From Gemmatimonadaceae bacterium (lineage in GTDB: Bacteria > Gemmatimonadota > Gemmatimonadetes > Gemmatimonadales > Gemmatimonadaceae), in NCBI GenBank assembly GCA_044224875.1, contig JBGAJQ010000062.1, forward strand, positions 1 through 32,854: a stretch of 32,854 nucleotides of DNA, written 5' to 3'. Positions 1 through 10,185 of the stretch are shown in pieces. The stretch's first letter is position 1. Each line of letters opens with the position of its first letter. The position numbers were made by a program, and so were the translations under genes. The notes under the pieces are model-generated. The model did not search any database and was not told the DNA's origin. It saw nothing but the letters and a program-made list of their open reading frames with translations.

Positions 1-1136
1 CACTGATCGTCGTGATGGCCGTGATGACCGGCCTACAGCGTGACCTGAGGGAGAAGATTCTGGTTGGGAGTCCCGACCTGCGCGTACTGACGTACGGCGA
101 AGACCTGAAGATGGCGGACTGGAAGAACACGTTGGAGCGTGTGAAGACCACCACGGGTGTGGTTGCTGCTGCGCCGTTCGTGCTGACTCAGGGCGTCATT
201 AGCGCCGGGCACGACTATGTGACGGGGACGTACATCATGGGGATGGAGCCTCAGGGACGCGATGTGGTGAACGTCACGACCATCCGTGAGCGAGCCATTC
301 AGGGTGACTTTCGTTTCGCCAGCTCCGACGGTTTGCAGCGTGGTGTGGTGGTTGGGAAGCTCCTGTCCGAGCGGCTGAACGTGTACCCAGGAGATTCCGT
401 AACGCTCCTGACGCTCGGCGGTGGCAAGGTGAGTCCCGTCACCGGCGCACCCGTGCCAATGCAGTCACGGTTTGAGGTGACGGGCATCTTCGAGTCCGGC
501 ATGTACGAGTACGACAATTCATATGTGTACTCATCCCTTCCTGTCGCGCAGGAACTCGCCGGATTTGGCGAAGCGGTGACGGGCATAGAAGTCAAGACAA
601 AGGATCGTTGGACGGCGTCAGACGTCTCCGAGCGACTCGCTGAGGCGCTTCGGTATCCGTACCGAACGGTCGATTGGCAGGAGCAGAATTCATCGCTCTT
701 TCAAGCGTTGAAGCTCGAGAAGCTCGGTATGGGCGTGATTCTCTTGCTGATTGTCTTGGTGGCCGCCTTCAATATCGTGAGCAACTTGACGATGGTGGTG
801 GCTGACAAGACGCGGGAGATCGGCATCTTGAAGGCCATGGGGATGACCGCCAAGTCGATTCGGCGTGTGTTCCTCACCCAAGGGCTGGTCATCGGGACAT
901 TCGGAACAGCGTTAGGCGTCGGGCTCGGACTTGTGGTGTCCATGTTGGTCGGGACATACAAGCTCATCCGGCTGAACCCGGAGATCTACATGATCGATCA
1001 CCTTCCCGCGACGACCGAAGTGTGGGACGTCCTGGTGACGATTGTCGCGAGTGTTGTCATCGCCGGGCTGGCCACGCTGTATCCCGCCCAACAAGCGGCC
1101 AAGCTCTATCCGCTCGAAGCCATTCGTCACGAGTAG
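1..1136 (+). CDS. lolE: Lipoprotein-releasing ABC transporter permease (LolC/E family), 5'-truncated by the window edge
   Basis: Frame is open to the window start (LIVVMAVMTG). Periplasmic domain followed by 'VAAFNIVSNLTMVVADKTREIGILKAMG' and C-terminal 'ATLYPAQQAAKLYPLEAIRHE'. Directly upstream of lolD. Confidence 0.9.
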   Translation, partial: LIVVMAVMTGLQRDLREKILVGSPDLRVLTYGEDLKMADWKNTLERVKTTTGVVAAAPFVLTQGVISAGHDYVTGTYIMGMEPQGRDVVNVTTIRERAIQGDFRFASSDGLQRGVVVGKLLSERLNVYPGDSVTLLTLGGGKVSPVTGAPVPMQSRFEVTGIFESGMYEYDNSYVYSSLPVAQELAGFGEAVTGIEVKTKDRWTASDVSERLAEALRYPYRTVDWQEQNSSLFQALKLEKLGMGVILLLIVLVAAFNIVSNLTMVVADKTREIGILKAMGMTAKSIRRVFLTQGLVIGTFGTALGVGLGLVVSMLVGTYKLIRLNPEIYMIDHLPATTEVWDVLVTIVASVVIAGLATLYPAQQAAKLYPLEAIRHE

Positions 1137-1151
1137 TGCCATGAGGCCACG

Positions 1152-1850
1152 ATGATGGTTTTGGATGCACGTGATGTGGTTCGCACCTTCCGTGGTGGCG
1201 ACGGCGGCGTGATCAACGTGTTGAACGGCGTGCAGCTGATGGTAGGTCGCGGCGAGATGGTGGCCGTCGTCGGTGCCAGTGGAGCGGGGAAGAGCACGCT
1301 CCTGCACGTCTGTGGAGCGCTGGACCGACCGAATCGCGGCGAGGTGCGGGTTGAAGGCGAGTCCCTCTCCAATCGCAGTGATGACGAGCTGGCCGCCATT
1401 CGAAATCGCAAGATCGGATTCGTGTTCCAGTTTCATCACCTCCTCCGCGAGTTCTCGGCGCTGGAGAACGTGATGATGCCGTTGCGGATTTCGGGTATCA
1501 ACGAACGCGAGGCGCGCAGTCGAGCAGAGTTACTACTTGGTCGCGTAGGACTCACGGGACGCATGCACCATCGCCCGTCGGAGCTGTCCGGCGGAGAGCA
1601 GCAGCGCACCGCGGTTGCTCGAGCGCTCGCCATGGATCCAGCCCTTCTCCTTGCCGATGAGCCCTCCGGCAATCTGGATCATGGCACGGCAGAGATGCTG
1701 CACGATTTGTTGGCTCAGCTGGCCCGCGACCTCGAGATTGGGATGGTCGTCGTTACTCATAACCGGTCGCTTGCGGCTCGGGCCGACCGTGCCCTCCTGT
1801 TGGAGGACGGTTCGCTGGCCGAAACTGACGTGCGAGGAGTCGTTACCTGA
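1152..1850 (+). CDS. lolD: Lipoprotein-releasing ABC transporter ATP-binding protein
   Basis: Walker A GASGAGKST, LolD-type GFVFQFHHLL, signature LSGGEQQR, Walker B LLLADEP, H-loop VVTH. Confidence 0.93.
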   Translation: MMVLDARDVVRTFRGGDGGVINVLNGVQLMVGRGEMVAVVGASGAGKSTLLHVCGALDRPNRGEVRVEGESLSNRSDDELAAIRNRKIGFVFQFHHLLREFSALENVMMPLRISGINEREARSRAELLLGRVGLTGRMHHRPSELSGGEQQRTAVARALAMDPALLLADEPSGNLDHGTAEMLHDLLAQLARDLEIGMVVVTHNRSLAARADRALLLEDGSLAETDVRGVVT

Positions 1851-2335
1851 TGATTTGTGACGTGTGTCGCGAAGGAGAAGCCACAGTGCAGCTGACGCAC
1901 GTCGTCAAGGGCGATGTGACGCTGCTGCATTTGTGCTCGCGATGTGCGGCCGAGCGCGGGGTGGAGACGACGGTTGTTCCTCCGAAGAATCTGATTGGCG
2001 AGTTCCTTCACTCGGTGCAGCAGCAGGCGTCGGCACAGCCCATGGAGGCTACCGCTTGCTCGTTCTGCGGAATGACGCTTCGCGACTTTCGGTCGACAGG
2101 TCGATTGGGCTGCGCCCGCTGCTACCAGACTTTTGAGGCACCGCTGCGCGAGCTGTTGCGACGCGTGCATCACAGTGCCAAGCACGTCGGGAGAGGGTAC
2201 CACCCGCCCGCACCCGACGTACTGCAGCGGGCGTCCACACTAGGCGAATTGCGCGACCAGTTGCGTCGTGCGATCGAGAACGAGGAGTTTGAGCTGGCCG
2301 CATCCTTGCGGGACAAGTTGCGGGTGATGGAATGA
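1850..2335 (+). CDS. mcsA: Protein-arginine kinase activator McsA (four CxxC motifs + UVR domain)
   Basis: CDVC, CSRC, CSFC, GRLGCARCY and C-terminal UVR motif 'AIENEEFELAASLRD'. TGATG overlap with lolD; upstream of mcsB-clpC. Confidence 0.92.
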   Translation: MICDVCREGEATVQLTHVVKGDVTLLHLCSRCAAERGVETTVVPPKNLIGEFLHSVQQQASAQPMEATACSFCGMTLRDFRSTGRLGCARCYQTFEAPLRELLRRVHHSAKHVGRGYHPPAPDVLQRASTLGELRDQLRRAIENEEFELAASLRDKLRVME

Positions 2336-3414
2336 CCTTGGACCTTTCGCTTCTGCCCGACGGCGGCATTGCGTGGTTGGACGCGTCGGGCGAGAACGCG
2401 GACGTGGTACTGTCGACACGTATTCGTCTCGCGAGAAACGTAGACGGCTACGCCTTTGCGACGCGTGCTCGCGAGGGTGAACGACTTCGAGTGCTGGCGC
2501 AGGTTCGCGACGCCCTACCGCGTGTGTCCAGCCTGAGTGGCAGCGCGCTGTTGCGTCTGGACGAACTGCCGTCGACTGACCGAGCACTCTTGCACGAGCG
2601 CCATCTCGTGAGCCGCGACCTTGCCGGGCTTGAGTCGAGTGGGCTGCGAACCGGTGCCGCACTGGCCTTGGGCAGCGGAATCGGCGTGATGGTCAATGAG
2701 GAAGACCACTTGCGCCTCCAAGCCATGCGTTCAGGCTTCGATGTTTCTGAAGCGCTGGACGCCGTGACTCGTCTCGATAAGGAACTCGGCGGCGTGGTGC
2801 CTTATGCGTACCACCGGGAATTCGGATTTCTGACGGCCTGTCCCACAAACACCGGTACGGGAATGCGGGCTTCCGTCTTGATCCACCTGCCGGGACTTGT
2901 CCTCACGAAGGAGATTGGCAAGGTACTCAACAGCTTGCAGCAGATGGGCTTGACGTACCGGGGTCTTTACGGCGAGGGGAGCGAGGTTGTCGGCAACTTC
3001 TTCCAGATCTCTAATCAGACGACACTAGGAAGAAGCGAGGTGGAACTCGCCGAGGATCTCACACGAATTGTCCGTCACGTGATCCAGCGAGAGCACGAAG
3101 CCCGGCGGGTGCTCTGGCGGGACGCGGCTTATATTATCGAGGACAAGCTTTGGCGTGCCTACGGCACCTTGCGGTATGCCAGGAGCTTGGCGTTCGAGGA
3201 GGCGATGAACTTCCTCAGCGGCGTACGGCTTGCAGTTGGACTGAAGTTGGTCACCGGGCTAAGTGTTTATACGCTTAACAAGCTCCTGATATTCTGCCAG
3301 GCGGCCCATTTGGCGTATGCCGAGGGGCATGCCCTGACTGAAAGCGAGGCGAACATAGCGCGAGCGCGTTATGTCCGTGAGGCACTTGCGGCCGAGGCGG
3401 GGCCGCTCGCATGA
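2332..3414 (+). CDS. mcsB: Protein-arginine kinase McsB (ATP:guanido phosphotransferase family)
   Basis: STRIRLARN, VMVNEEDHLR, GFLTACPTNTGTGMRAS, RGLYGEGS and FQISNQTTLG motifs. ATGA overlap with mcsA. Confidence 0.95.
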   Translation: MTLDLSLLPDGGIAWLDASGENADVVLSTRIRLARNVDGYAFATRAREGERLRVLAQVRDALPRVSSLSGSALLRLDELPSTDRALLHERHLVSRDLAGLESSGLRTGAALALGSGIGVMVNEEDHLRLQAMRSGFDVSEALDAVTRLDKELGGVVPYAYHREFGFLTACPTNTGTGMRASVLIHLPGLVLTKEIGKVLNSLQQMGLTYRGLYGEGSEVVGNFFQISNQTTLGRSEVELAEDLTRIVRHVIQREHEARRVLWRDAAYIIEDKLWRAYGTLRYARSLAFEEAMNFLSGVRLAVGLKLVTGLSVYTLNKLLIFCQAAHLAYAEGHALTESEANIARARYVREALAAEAGPLA

Positions 3415-3442
3415 GGCGCCGCGGACCTGACATGAGGGAGTC

Positions 3443-5941
3443 ATGAACGGCTACAACTTCACCGAGCGCGTGCGAAAGGTCCTCCAGATGGCGCGGGAGG
3501 AGGCACAACGGCTTCACCACGAGTATGTGGGGACGGAGCACATCCTGCTCGGCCTGATCCGCGAGGGCGAGGGAGTCGCCGCGGCGGTGCTGCAGAACCT
3601 CTCCGTGGATTTGGAGGAGGTTCAGCAGAAGATCGAGGAGACCGTGAAAAAGGGTAAGGCAGCGCAGACTGCCGGGCCCGACCTTCCGTATACGTCTCGC
3701 GCCAAGAAGGTTCTCGAACTCGCGATGAGCGAGGCCCGAGAGCTCAATCACTCGTATGTGGGCACGGAGCACCTTCTGCTCGGGCTGTTGCGCGAGGAGA
3801 AGGGGATCGCAGCCCAGGTCCTGACGGATGCCGGCGTGAATCTGGACGCGGCGCGTGCCGAGACTCTGCGCTTGTTAGGCACGGAGATGCCGCAAGGTGG
3901 CGCGGCGCCAACCGCGCAACAGGGCAGCGGCCCAGCGCAGCAAGCCGCGCCAAAAGGCGAGAAGAAATCCAAGACGCCCGCGCTCGATCATTTCTGTCGC
4001 GACCTCACGCAGTTGGCGTCCGAGGGCCAGCTCGATCCCACGATTGGGCGCTCAAAGGAAATCGAACGCGTCATGGAGATCCTGACGCGTCGCAAGAAGA
4101 ACAACCCGGTGCTCATTGGCGAGCCAGGCGTGGGAAAGACGGCGATCGTCGAAGGTCTGGCTCAGCTGATTGCCACGGGTGAGTGCCCGGATGCCCTGCG
4201 CGATCATCGCGTGCTTTCGCTCGACATGGCGGCTGTGATTGCTGGCACCAAGTATCGTGGCCAGTTCGAGGAACGGCTGAAGGCGGTCATGAACGAGATC
4301 GCGCAGAACCGAAATGTCATCTTGTTCATCGACGAGCTGCACACACTCGTTGGAGCTGGCGCGGCGGAGGGCGCGATCGATGCCAGCAACATGCTCAAGC
4401 CGGCGTTGGCGCGTGGCGAGTTGCAGTGCGTTGGCGCGTCCACGCTGAACGAGTACCGCAAGTACATCGAGAAGGACGGCGCATTGGAGCGTCGTTTCCA
4501 GACCGTCATCGTCGACCCGCCGTCGATCGAGGAAACGGTCGAGATCCTGAAGGGGCTACGGAAGAAGTACGAGGATCACCATCGCGTCTCCATTCCGGAC
4601 GATACGCTGGTTGCCGCAGCGAAGCTTTCGGAGCGTTACATCACCGATCGCTTCCTCCCAGACAAGGCGATCGACGTGATCGACGAGGCGGGGGCGCGCG
4701 CGCGGTTGGCAGCGCAGGTTCCGCCGGCCGAAGTGTCGCAGCTGAAGGACCAACTCGAGAAGGTCAACACCGAGAAGGAAACGGCGGTTCGCGACCAGAA
4801 CTTCGAACGCGCTGCAAGCCTGCGAGATCGCGAACGCGAACTGCAGGGCGATATTCGCAAGATGCAGGAAGAATGGGAGGCGCGCCGTCAGTCGCACCGC
4901 CCCGTGCTGAATGAAGAGGAGATCGCCTTTATCGTCAGCCGCTGGACTGGGATTCCCGTCACGCGCCTTCAAGAGGCCGAGAGTGCTCGCCTGTTGCGCA
5001 TGGAAGAAGAGCTGCACGCTTCCGTTGTTGCGCAGGACGACGCGATCAAGGCCATCTCGCGCTCGATTCGTCGCAGCCGGGCGGGCCTGAAGGATCCAAA
5101 GCGACCGATTGGCTCGTTCATATTCTCCGGTCCAACCGGCGTCGGAAAGACCGAGCTCGCTCGTGCCTTGGCCAAGTTCCTGTTTGCCGACGCCGCCGCG
5201 TTGATTCGCGTCGACATGTCCGAGTACATGGAGAAATTCTCGGTGTCGCGCCTCATCGGTGCTCCGCCGGGCTACGTGGGCTACGAGGATTCCGGGACGC
5301 TGACGAAGGCCGTGCGCCGGAAGCCGTACAGCGTGGTGCTACTCGATGAAATCGAGAAGGCGCACCCGGACGTCTTCAATATCTTGTTGCAGGTGCTCGA
5401 TGAGGGTCACCTGACCGACAACTACGGACGGGTCATCGACTTCAAGAACACCGTCGTGATCATGACGTCGAACGTCGGCGCGAAGGATATCACGAAGAAC
5501 CGGAGCCTCGGCTTCGCTTCGCCTGATTCGCGGGCGTCCTTCGAGCGCATGGCCGAGAAGGTGAAGGAGGAGATGCAGCACACCTTCAATCCGGAGTTCT
5601 TGAATCGGTTGGACGATGTGATCGTGTTCCATCCGCTGAGCAAGGAGCACATCAAGCAGATCGTCGGGGTGCTGCTCCGTGAGGTGCAGAAGCGGCTTGC
5701 CGAAGAGGAACTCTCGCTGCGATTGAGCGAGCCCGCTTCGGACTTTCTGGTGAAGCATGGGTTCGACGAGCAGTACGGGGCTCGACCGCTCAAGCGCGCC
5801 ATCCAGCGATACATCGAGGATCCTTTGTCCGAGAAGATCCTCATGGGCGAGTTCGCCAAGGGCGAGGAGATCGACGTGGACGTAGCGCCCGAAGGGGATC
5901 GGCTGGAATTTCGCATCCCAACAGGATTGCCGAAGGCGTAA
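3443..5941 (+). CDS. clpC: ATP-dependent Clp protease ATPase subunit ClpC
   Basis: Double Clp-N repeats, NBD1 ([13 protein letters not shown]), UVR middle domain, NBD2 ([17 protein letters not shown]), ClpP-docking LGF loop. Purine-rich RBS GAGGGAG just upstream. Confidence 0.96.
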   Translation: MNGYNFTERVRKVLQMAREEAQRLHHEYVGTEHILLGLIREGEGVAAAVLQNLSVDLEEVQQKIEETVKKGKAAQTAGPDLPYTSRAKKVLELAMSEARELNHSYVGTEHLLLGLLREEKGIAAQVLTDAGVNLDAARAETLRLLGTEMPQGGAAPTAQQGSGPAQQAAPKGEKKSKTPALDHFCRDLTQLASEGQLDPTIGRSKEIERVMEILTRRKKNNPVLIGEPGVGKTAIVEGLAQLIATGECPDALRDHRVLSLDMAAVIAGTKYRGQFEERLKAVMNEIAQNRNVILFIDELHTLVGAGAAEGAIDASNMLKPALARGELQCVGASTLNEYRKYIEKDGALERRFQTVIVDPPSIEETVEILKGLRKKYEDHHRVSIPDDTLVAAAKLSERYITDRFLPDKAIDVIDEAGARARLAAQVPPAEVSQLKDQLEKVNTEKETAVRDQNFERAASLRDRERELQGDIRKMQEEWEARRQSHRPVLNEEEIAFIVSRWTGIPVTRLQEAESARLLRMEEELHASVVAQDDAIKAISRSIRRSRAGLKDPKRPIGSFIFSGPTGVGKTELARALAKFLFADAAALIRVDMSEYMEKFSVSRLIGAPPGYVGYEDSGTLTKAVRRKPYSVVLLDEIEKAHPDVFNILLQVLDEGHLTDNYGRVIDFKNTVVIMTSNVGAKDITKNRSLGFASPDSRASFERMAEKVKEEMQHTFNPEFLNRLDDVIVFHPLSKEHIKQIVGVLLREVQKRLAEEELSLRLSEPASDFLVKHGFDEQYGARPLKRAIQRYIEDPLSEKILMGEFAKGEEIDVDVAPEGDRLEFRIPTGLPKA

Positions 5942-5969
5942 GCCGAATCGGGTCCTCGCGTGTCAAATT

Positions 5970-6005
5970 GCCGGCCGGGTTGTTCGAACCCGGCCGGCGT
6001 CGTTT
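5970..6005 (+). terminator. Probable intrinsic terminator after clpC
   Basis: Perfect 12-bp stem GCCGGCCGGGTT (5970-5981) / AACCCGGCCGGC (5987-5998), 5-nt loop, weak T-containing tail (GTCGTTT). Confidence 0.6.
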
Positions 6006-6023
6006 GTGTATATTTTCCCGGCT

Positions 6024-8447
6024 ATGTCCCGTCAGATTCTCTACTTGCTGTCGAGCGCCCTATTGGCGACTCCGCTTGCCGCTCAAGACGTGGAGTCCGG
6101 GCGGTGTGCGAGCCCCGACTCGATCGCGGTCCGCGGCAACAAGCGGGTTGATGCCGCCACCATCCGCAGCGACGCGGCCCTGACGGCCGGAACGCAGCTC
6201 AACTTCCGATTGGTTCAGCGCGCCATCAGATCGCTGTACGCAACAGCGAACTACGACGAGGTCTCGTTGACATGCGAGGTCACGCCGGCCGGGGACCACG
6301 CTGTGTTGGTGGTGAACGTCAAGGAGCGCCCGATCCTCACGGAAACGAGTGTCGAGGGAATCAATCGGCTGCGTTCGGGTGGCGTCCGAGAGAAGGCCGA
6401 ACTGCCGCTTACGAAGCCGCTCGACCCAGCCACGGTCGCAAAGGCCATCGCGCGGATCGATTCAACGTATGCAAAGAACGGCTACTACTTGGCCCGGGTG
6501 AAGGCCGAGTCCACGATGGTTGGCGACGACGCGATTCGCGTCGTGTTCAAGATTGAGGAAGGCCGTCGGTTGGCAGTTTCGGGGATTCGGATCAGCGGCA
6601 ACAAGTCGCTCAAGGCAGAGGCCATCGCTGGCGCGATGAAGACTCAGCCCGAAGGGTTTTTCTGGTGGAAGAAGGGCGAGTTCAACGACGACAACTACGC
6701 GGGCGACCTGTCGGAACGAATTCCTGAGCTCTATGCCCGCCGTGGGTTCATTGATTTTCGCGTGGGCCACGACTCACTCATCGTGGACCGCGAACGCGGG
6801 AAGGCGCTCATCGACCTGAGCGTCGTCGAGGGACCGCAGTACCGTCTTGGGGACTTTGAGGCTTCGGGAAACAAGCACTACTCATCCGAAGATATCCGCC
6901 TCTTCTATCCGTTCGACGACCAAGCGAGACCGTTCACCTCGCGAGTGACCGATTTCATCCTGCGACGATCGCCCGTTCCGACAGGGGTGTTCGATCAGAG
7001 CCGCTGGGACGATGCCACCAACAAGGTGCGCACGGCCTACAGCAACGATGGGTACATCTACGCGAACATCCGGCCGGTGGTTGAACGACGCTATTCCGCT
7101 GACTCAACGCCGTATGTGGACCTCCGCTGGGAGGTCGACGAGCGTTCCCCGGCGATCATCAATCGCGTGGAAATTCTGGGCAACGACTACACGAGCGAAA
7201 CGTGTATCCGCGACCAACTGGTGATTCTTCCAGGCGATGTGTTCAACCAGGATCGCCTGATTCGGAGCTGGCAGAGTATCGGGAATATGGGATTCTTCGA
7301 GACGCCGCTACCGCCGCCGGACACCCGAAATGCCAACGAGACTGGCGATGTCGATATCGTATTTCGCGTGAAGGAAAAGCGGACCGGGAATGTCAACTTT
7401 GGCGCGTCAATGGGGCAGGGAACAGGTGTCGGCGGGTTCATCGGGTTGGACCAGCCAAACCTCTTCGGACAGTGCAAGCGTGGGTCCCTGCAGTGGCAAT
7501 TCGGGCGGTACTTCAACGATTTCAACCTCACCTATTCTGATCCGCGCATTCGGCAATCGCAGATTTCCGGCAGCATTTCCGCGTACCGGACTCAAACGCG
7601 ATATGTCATTGCCGACCTCGGTCGATCGCTACGCACTGGCGCTACGATCCAGTTTGGCCTGCCGGTGCCCAGGTCGCGATTCTCTCGCGTCTTCCTGTCC
7701 TATGGCGGCGAAACGGTGCGGTTTGGTTCCGGCGGATTGTTAGGCACTACGGCGGCTGAGTTTGGGAACGGCGAGTTTCGCTCCACGTTGGGTGCAAACT
7801 TCCAGCGAGATACGCGCGTGGACCTGCCGTTCCCGACCGCTGGCTCCATGCAGAACTTCTCGACGTCGTTCAATGGTGGCCCATTGGGAGGCTCGTCGGC
7901 GTTCCAGCGCTACACGACGGAGCAGTCCGTCTATGCACCCCTCGCGACACTCGGGGGTAAGAAGCCCGGGCAACAGCCGATCGTCATCGTGGCCGGACTT
8001 ACGTCCCGGGCTGGCGCGGTCTTCGGTAACACCGGCCCGTTCTTCTTCACACAGGAATTCGCGTTAGGCGGTGTGCAATTCGGAGAGCGTCTGCGCGGCT
8101 ATGAGGAGTTCTCGATATCCCCTGACGGTTACGTCACCGGAACGAGCACCTTCAACGCCACCAGGGCTTCGTTCGGGAAGGCCTTCTTCGCCACCACCGC
8201 GGAGATCGGCATGCGGGTCAGCCAGGCTTTGTACCTCAATGTGTTCTACGATGCGGGGAACGTCTGGCATCACCCGCGACAGATCGACCCAACGCGCCTC
8301 TTTCGGGGCGCTGGGATAGGGGCTTCGACCGTCACCCCGCTTGGGCCATTAGGCGTGGATTATGCCTATGGTTTTGACCGCTTGGACGCTCAGGGGCTGC
8401 CGAAACCAAAATGGCAGCTACATTTCAGACTCGGACAGCTGTTCTAG
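6024..8447 (+). CDS. bamA: Outer-membrane protein assembly factor BamA (Omp85)
   Basis: Signal peptide from ATG 6024, POTRA-like repeats (GNKR, GNKS, GNKH, GNDY), barrel with NLFG and LRGY motifs, TPLGPLGVDYAYG, terminal Phe. Followed by skp-lpxD. Start at 6024 preferred over GTG 6006. Confidence 0.93.
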   Translation: MSRQILYLLSSALLATPLAAQDVESGRCASPDSIAVRGNKRVDAATIRSDAALTAGTQLNFRLVQRAIRSLYATANYDEVSLTCEVTPAGDHAVLVVNVKERPILTETSVEGINRLRSGGVREKAELPLTKPLDPATVAKAIARIDSTYAKNGYYLARVKAESTMVGDDAIRVVFKIEEGRRLAVSGIRISGNKSLKAEAIAGAMKTQPEGFFWWKKGEFNDDNYAGDLSERIPELYARRGFIDFRVGHDSLIVDRERGKALIDLSVVEGPQYRLGDFEASGNKHYSSEDIRLFYPFDDQARPFTSRVTDFILRRSPVPTGVFDQSRWDDATNKVRTAYSNDGYIYANIRPVVERRYSADSTPYVDLRWEVDERSPAIINRVEILGNDYTSETCIRDQLVILPGDVFNQDRLIRSWQSIGNMGFFETPLPPPDTRNANETGDVDIVFRVKEKRTGNVNFGASMGQGTGVGGFIGLDQPNLFGQCKRGSLQWQFGRYFNDFNLTYSDPRIRQSQISGSISAYRTQTRYVIADLGRSLRTGATIQFGLPVPRSRFSRVFLSYGGETVRFGSGGLLGTTAAEFGNGEFRSTLGANFQRDTRVDLPFPTAGSMQNFSTSFNGGPLGGSSAFQRYTTEQSVYAPLATLGGKKPGQQPIVIVAGLTSRAGAVFGNTGPFFFTQEFALGGVQFGERLRGYEEFSISPDGYVTGTSTFNATRASFGKAFFATTAEIGMRVSQALYLNVFYDAGNVWHHPRQIDPTRLFRGAGIGASTVTPLGPLGVDYAYGFDRLDAQGLPKPKWQLHFRLGQLF

Positions 8448-8460
8448 GACTGGAGACATC

Positions 8461-9108
8461 ATGACTTTTCGTTCGTTCGCCGCCGGACTTTCGCTCGCCC
8501 TCGTTGCCGCGACCCCGCTGGGACTGCACGCCCAAAGTGGTTCCGCCGCCGCGCCGACCTCAGGGGCCGTGAAACTCGCCTTCATCGATTCACGAGTGGT
8601 GATCGACAAGGCGCCGGGCCGTGCCGCCGCTGAGAGCACGTTCCAAAAGGAGTACGACGCGGCGCGCACGCAGATCCAGAAAATGCAGGACACGCTGCAG
8701 GCGATGATCGCAGCCTATCAGAAGCAGCAGGCGACCCTTACTGCGGTCAACAAGGAACTGCGCGAGAAGGAGATTCAAGACAAGCAGAACCTCTTCGAGA
8801 CGCGCGCGAACATCCTCGACCAGCAGATGCAGAGGCGCCAGTCAGACTTGGTGCAGCCCATCATGACGCAAGTCCGCGAGGTCCTCGAAGCGCTTAGGGC
8901 CGAGGAAGGGTACACGTTCATCTTTGACGTTGGTACGCAGGGTGCGGTGATCGTCGCCGCCGACAAGACTCTGGATATCACGGACAAGGTCATCGGACGG
9001 CTCAAGCCCGTGCCCGTCACGGCCATGAAGCCCGACAGCTCCAAGACTCCGGTGGGAGCTAAACCTGCTCCAGCTGGCGTCACCAAGCCGATCAAGCCCT
9101 CGGCGTAA
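8461..9108 (+). CDS. skp: Periplasmic chaperone Skp/OmpH
   Basis: GGAG RBS then ATG 8461; signal peptide, KLAFID, coiled-coil body, 'EEGYTFIFD...DITDKVI'. Canonical bamA-skp-lpxD position. Confidence 0.9.
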   Translation: MTFRSFAAGLSLALVAATPLGLHAQSGSAAAPTSGAVKLAFIDSRVVIDKAPGRAAAESTFQKEYDAARTQIQKMQDTLQAMIAAYQKQQATLTAVNKELREKEIQDKQNLFETRANILDQQMQRRQSDLVQPIMTQVREVLEALRAEEGYTFIFDVGTQGAVIVAADKTLDITDKVIGRLKPVPVTAMKPDSSKTPVGAKPAPAGVTKPIKPSA

Positions 9109-9114
9109 GCTCTG

Positions 9115-10185
9115 GTGACGGACCCGAATCACTCCCTTCGGGGGACTTCCGCAAGCGGTGAGGGTGTTCGCACTCTCACCGCTTCCGACATTGTAGCCTT
9201 GGTCGGCGGGACCTTGGTCGGCGATCCCGAGGCGATAGTTCGCCGCGTGGCCCCGATCGACCGCGCGACAGCCGGTGAGCTGACGTTCCTGGCCGCCGGA
9301 CGATATGCCGGCCAGTTGTCGACGTCCGCCGCTTCGGTTGTTCTGGTTGCACCTGAATTGGCCGCAACACCGGGCCCCGTTCCGGCACGCATTGTGGTCG
9401 GGCGGCCGCACGAGGCCGTGTTGAAGCTCCTGCCCTTGCTGTACGCGATGCCTGTCGCGACGCCCGGAATTCACGAGACGGCGCGCTTAGGTCGTGGGGC
9501 CACGATTGGCGAGGGGGTGACGATCGGCCCGTATGTGGTCGTGGAGGATGGGGCGAGCGTTGGGGCGCACAGTCAACTCGACGCGCACGCCGTCGTGGGA
9601 GCAGGCGCCGTTCTCGGGTCGCATTGCCACCTGTATCCGCACGTGACCGTGTACCCCGGCACCTCCCTCGGCAACCGCGTCGTGGTTCACGCCGGCGCTC
9701 GTCTGGGGTCCGACGGATTTGGCTATGTGTTTCGTGACGGCGTGCATGCCAAGATTCCCCACGTCGGCCGTTGTCTGATCGCCGACGACGTGGAGATCGG
9801 CGCCAACACCACCATCGACCGTGGCAGCATCGATGACACGGTCGTGGGGGCGGGGACCAAGATTGACAACTTGGTTCAGATTGGCCACAACGTCCGCGTC
9901 GGGAGGTTGTGCCTGCTGATGTCACAGGTGGGACTTGCCGGCTCGACACGCGTGGGGGACGGCGTGATACTGGCTGGACAAGTTGGAGTGGCGGGGCATG
10001 TTGGGATCGGTGATGGGGCGCGTTTGGGGGCTCAAGCGGGCGTAATCAGCGACGTTCCGCCAGGTGAAACTTGGTCAGGGTATCCCGCACGGCCGCATCG
10101 TGAGCAATTGCGCTCTCAGGCGGCCCTGCTCAAGCTTGGAGCTCTGTGGCGGAAGCTAGAACGACTCTTGGAGGAGCAAGGTTAA
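9115..10185 (+). CDS. lpxD: UDP-3-O-acylglucosamine N-acyltransferase LpxD
   Basis: Hexapeptide repeats, [30 protein letters not shown]. Confidence 0.95.
   Translation: MTDPNHSLRGTSASGEGVRTLTASDIVALVGGTLVGDPEAIVRRVAPIDRATAGELTFLAAGRYAGQLSTSAASVVLVAPELAATPGPVPARIVVGRPHEAVLKLLPLLYAMPVATPGIHETARLGRGATIGEGVTIGPYVVVEDGASVGAHSQLDAHAVVGAGAVLGSHCHLYPHVTVYPGTSLGNRVVVHAGARLGSDGFGYVFRDGVHAKIPHVGRCLIADDVEIGANTTIDRGSIDDTVVGAGTKIDNLVQIGHNVRVGRLCLLMSQVGLAGSTRVGDGVILAGQVGVAGHVGIGDGARLGAQAGVISDVPPGETWSGYPARPHREQLRSQAALLKLGALWRKLERLLEEQG

Noticed and set aside
4141..6128. Frequent CGATCG / GTCGAC palindromes (HIP1-like)
   Set aside because: Readily produced by preferred codons (GCG-ATC-G, GTC-GAC) in GC-rich genes; no excess is demonstrable by eye.
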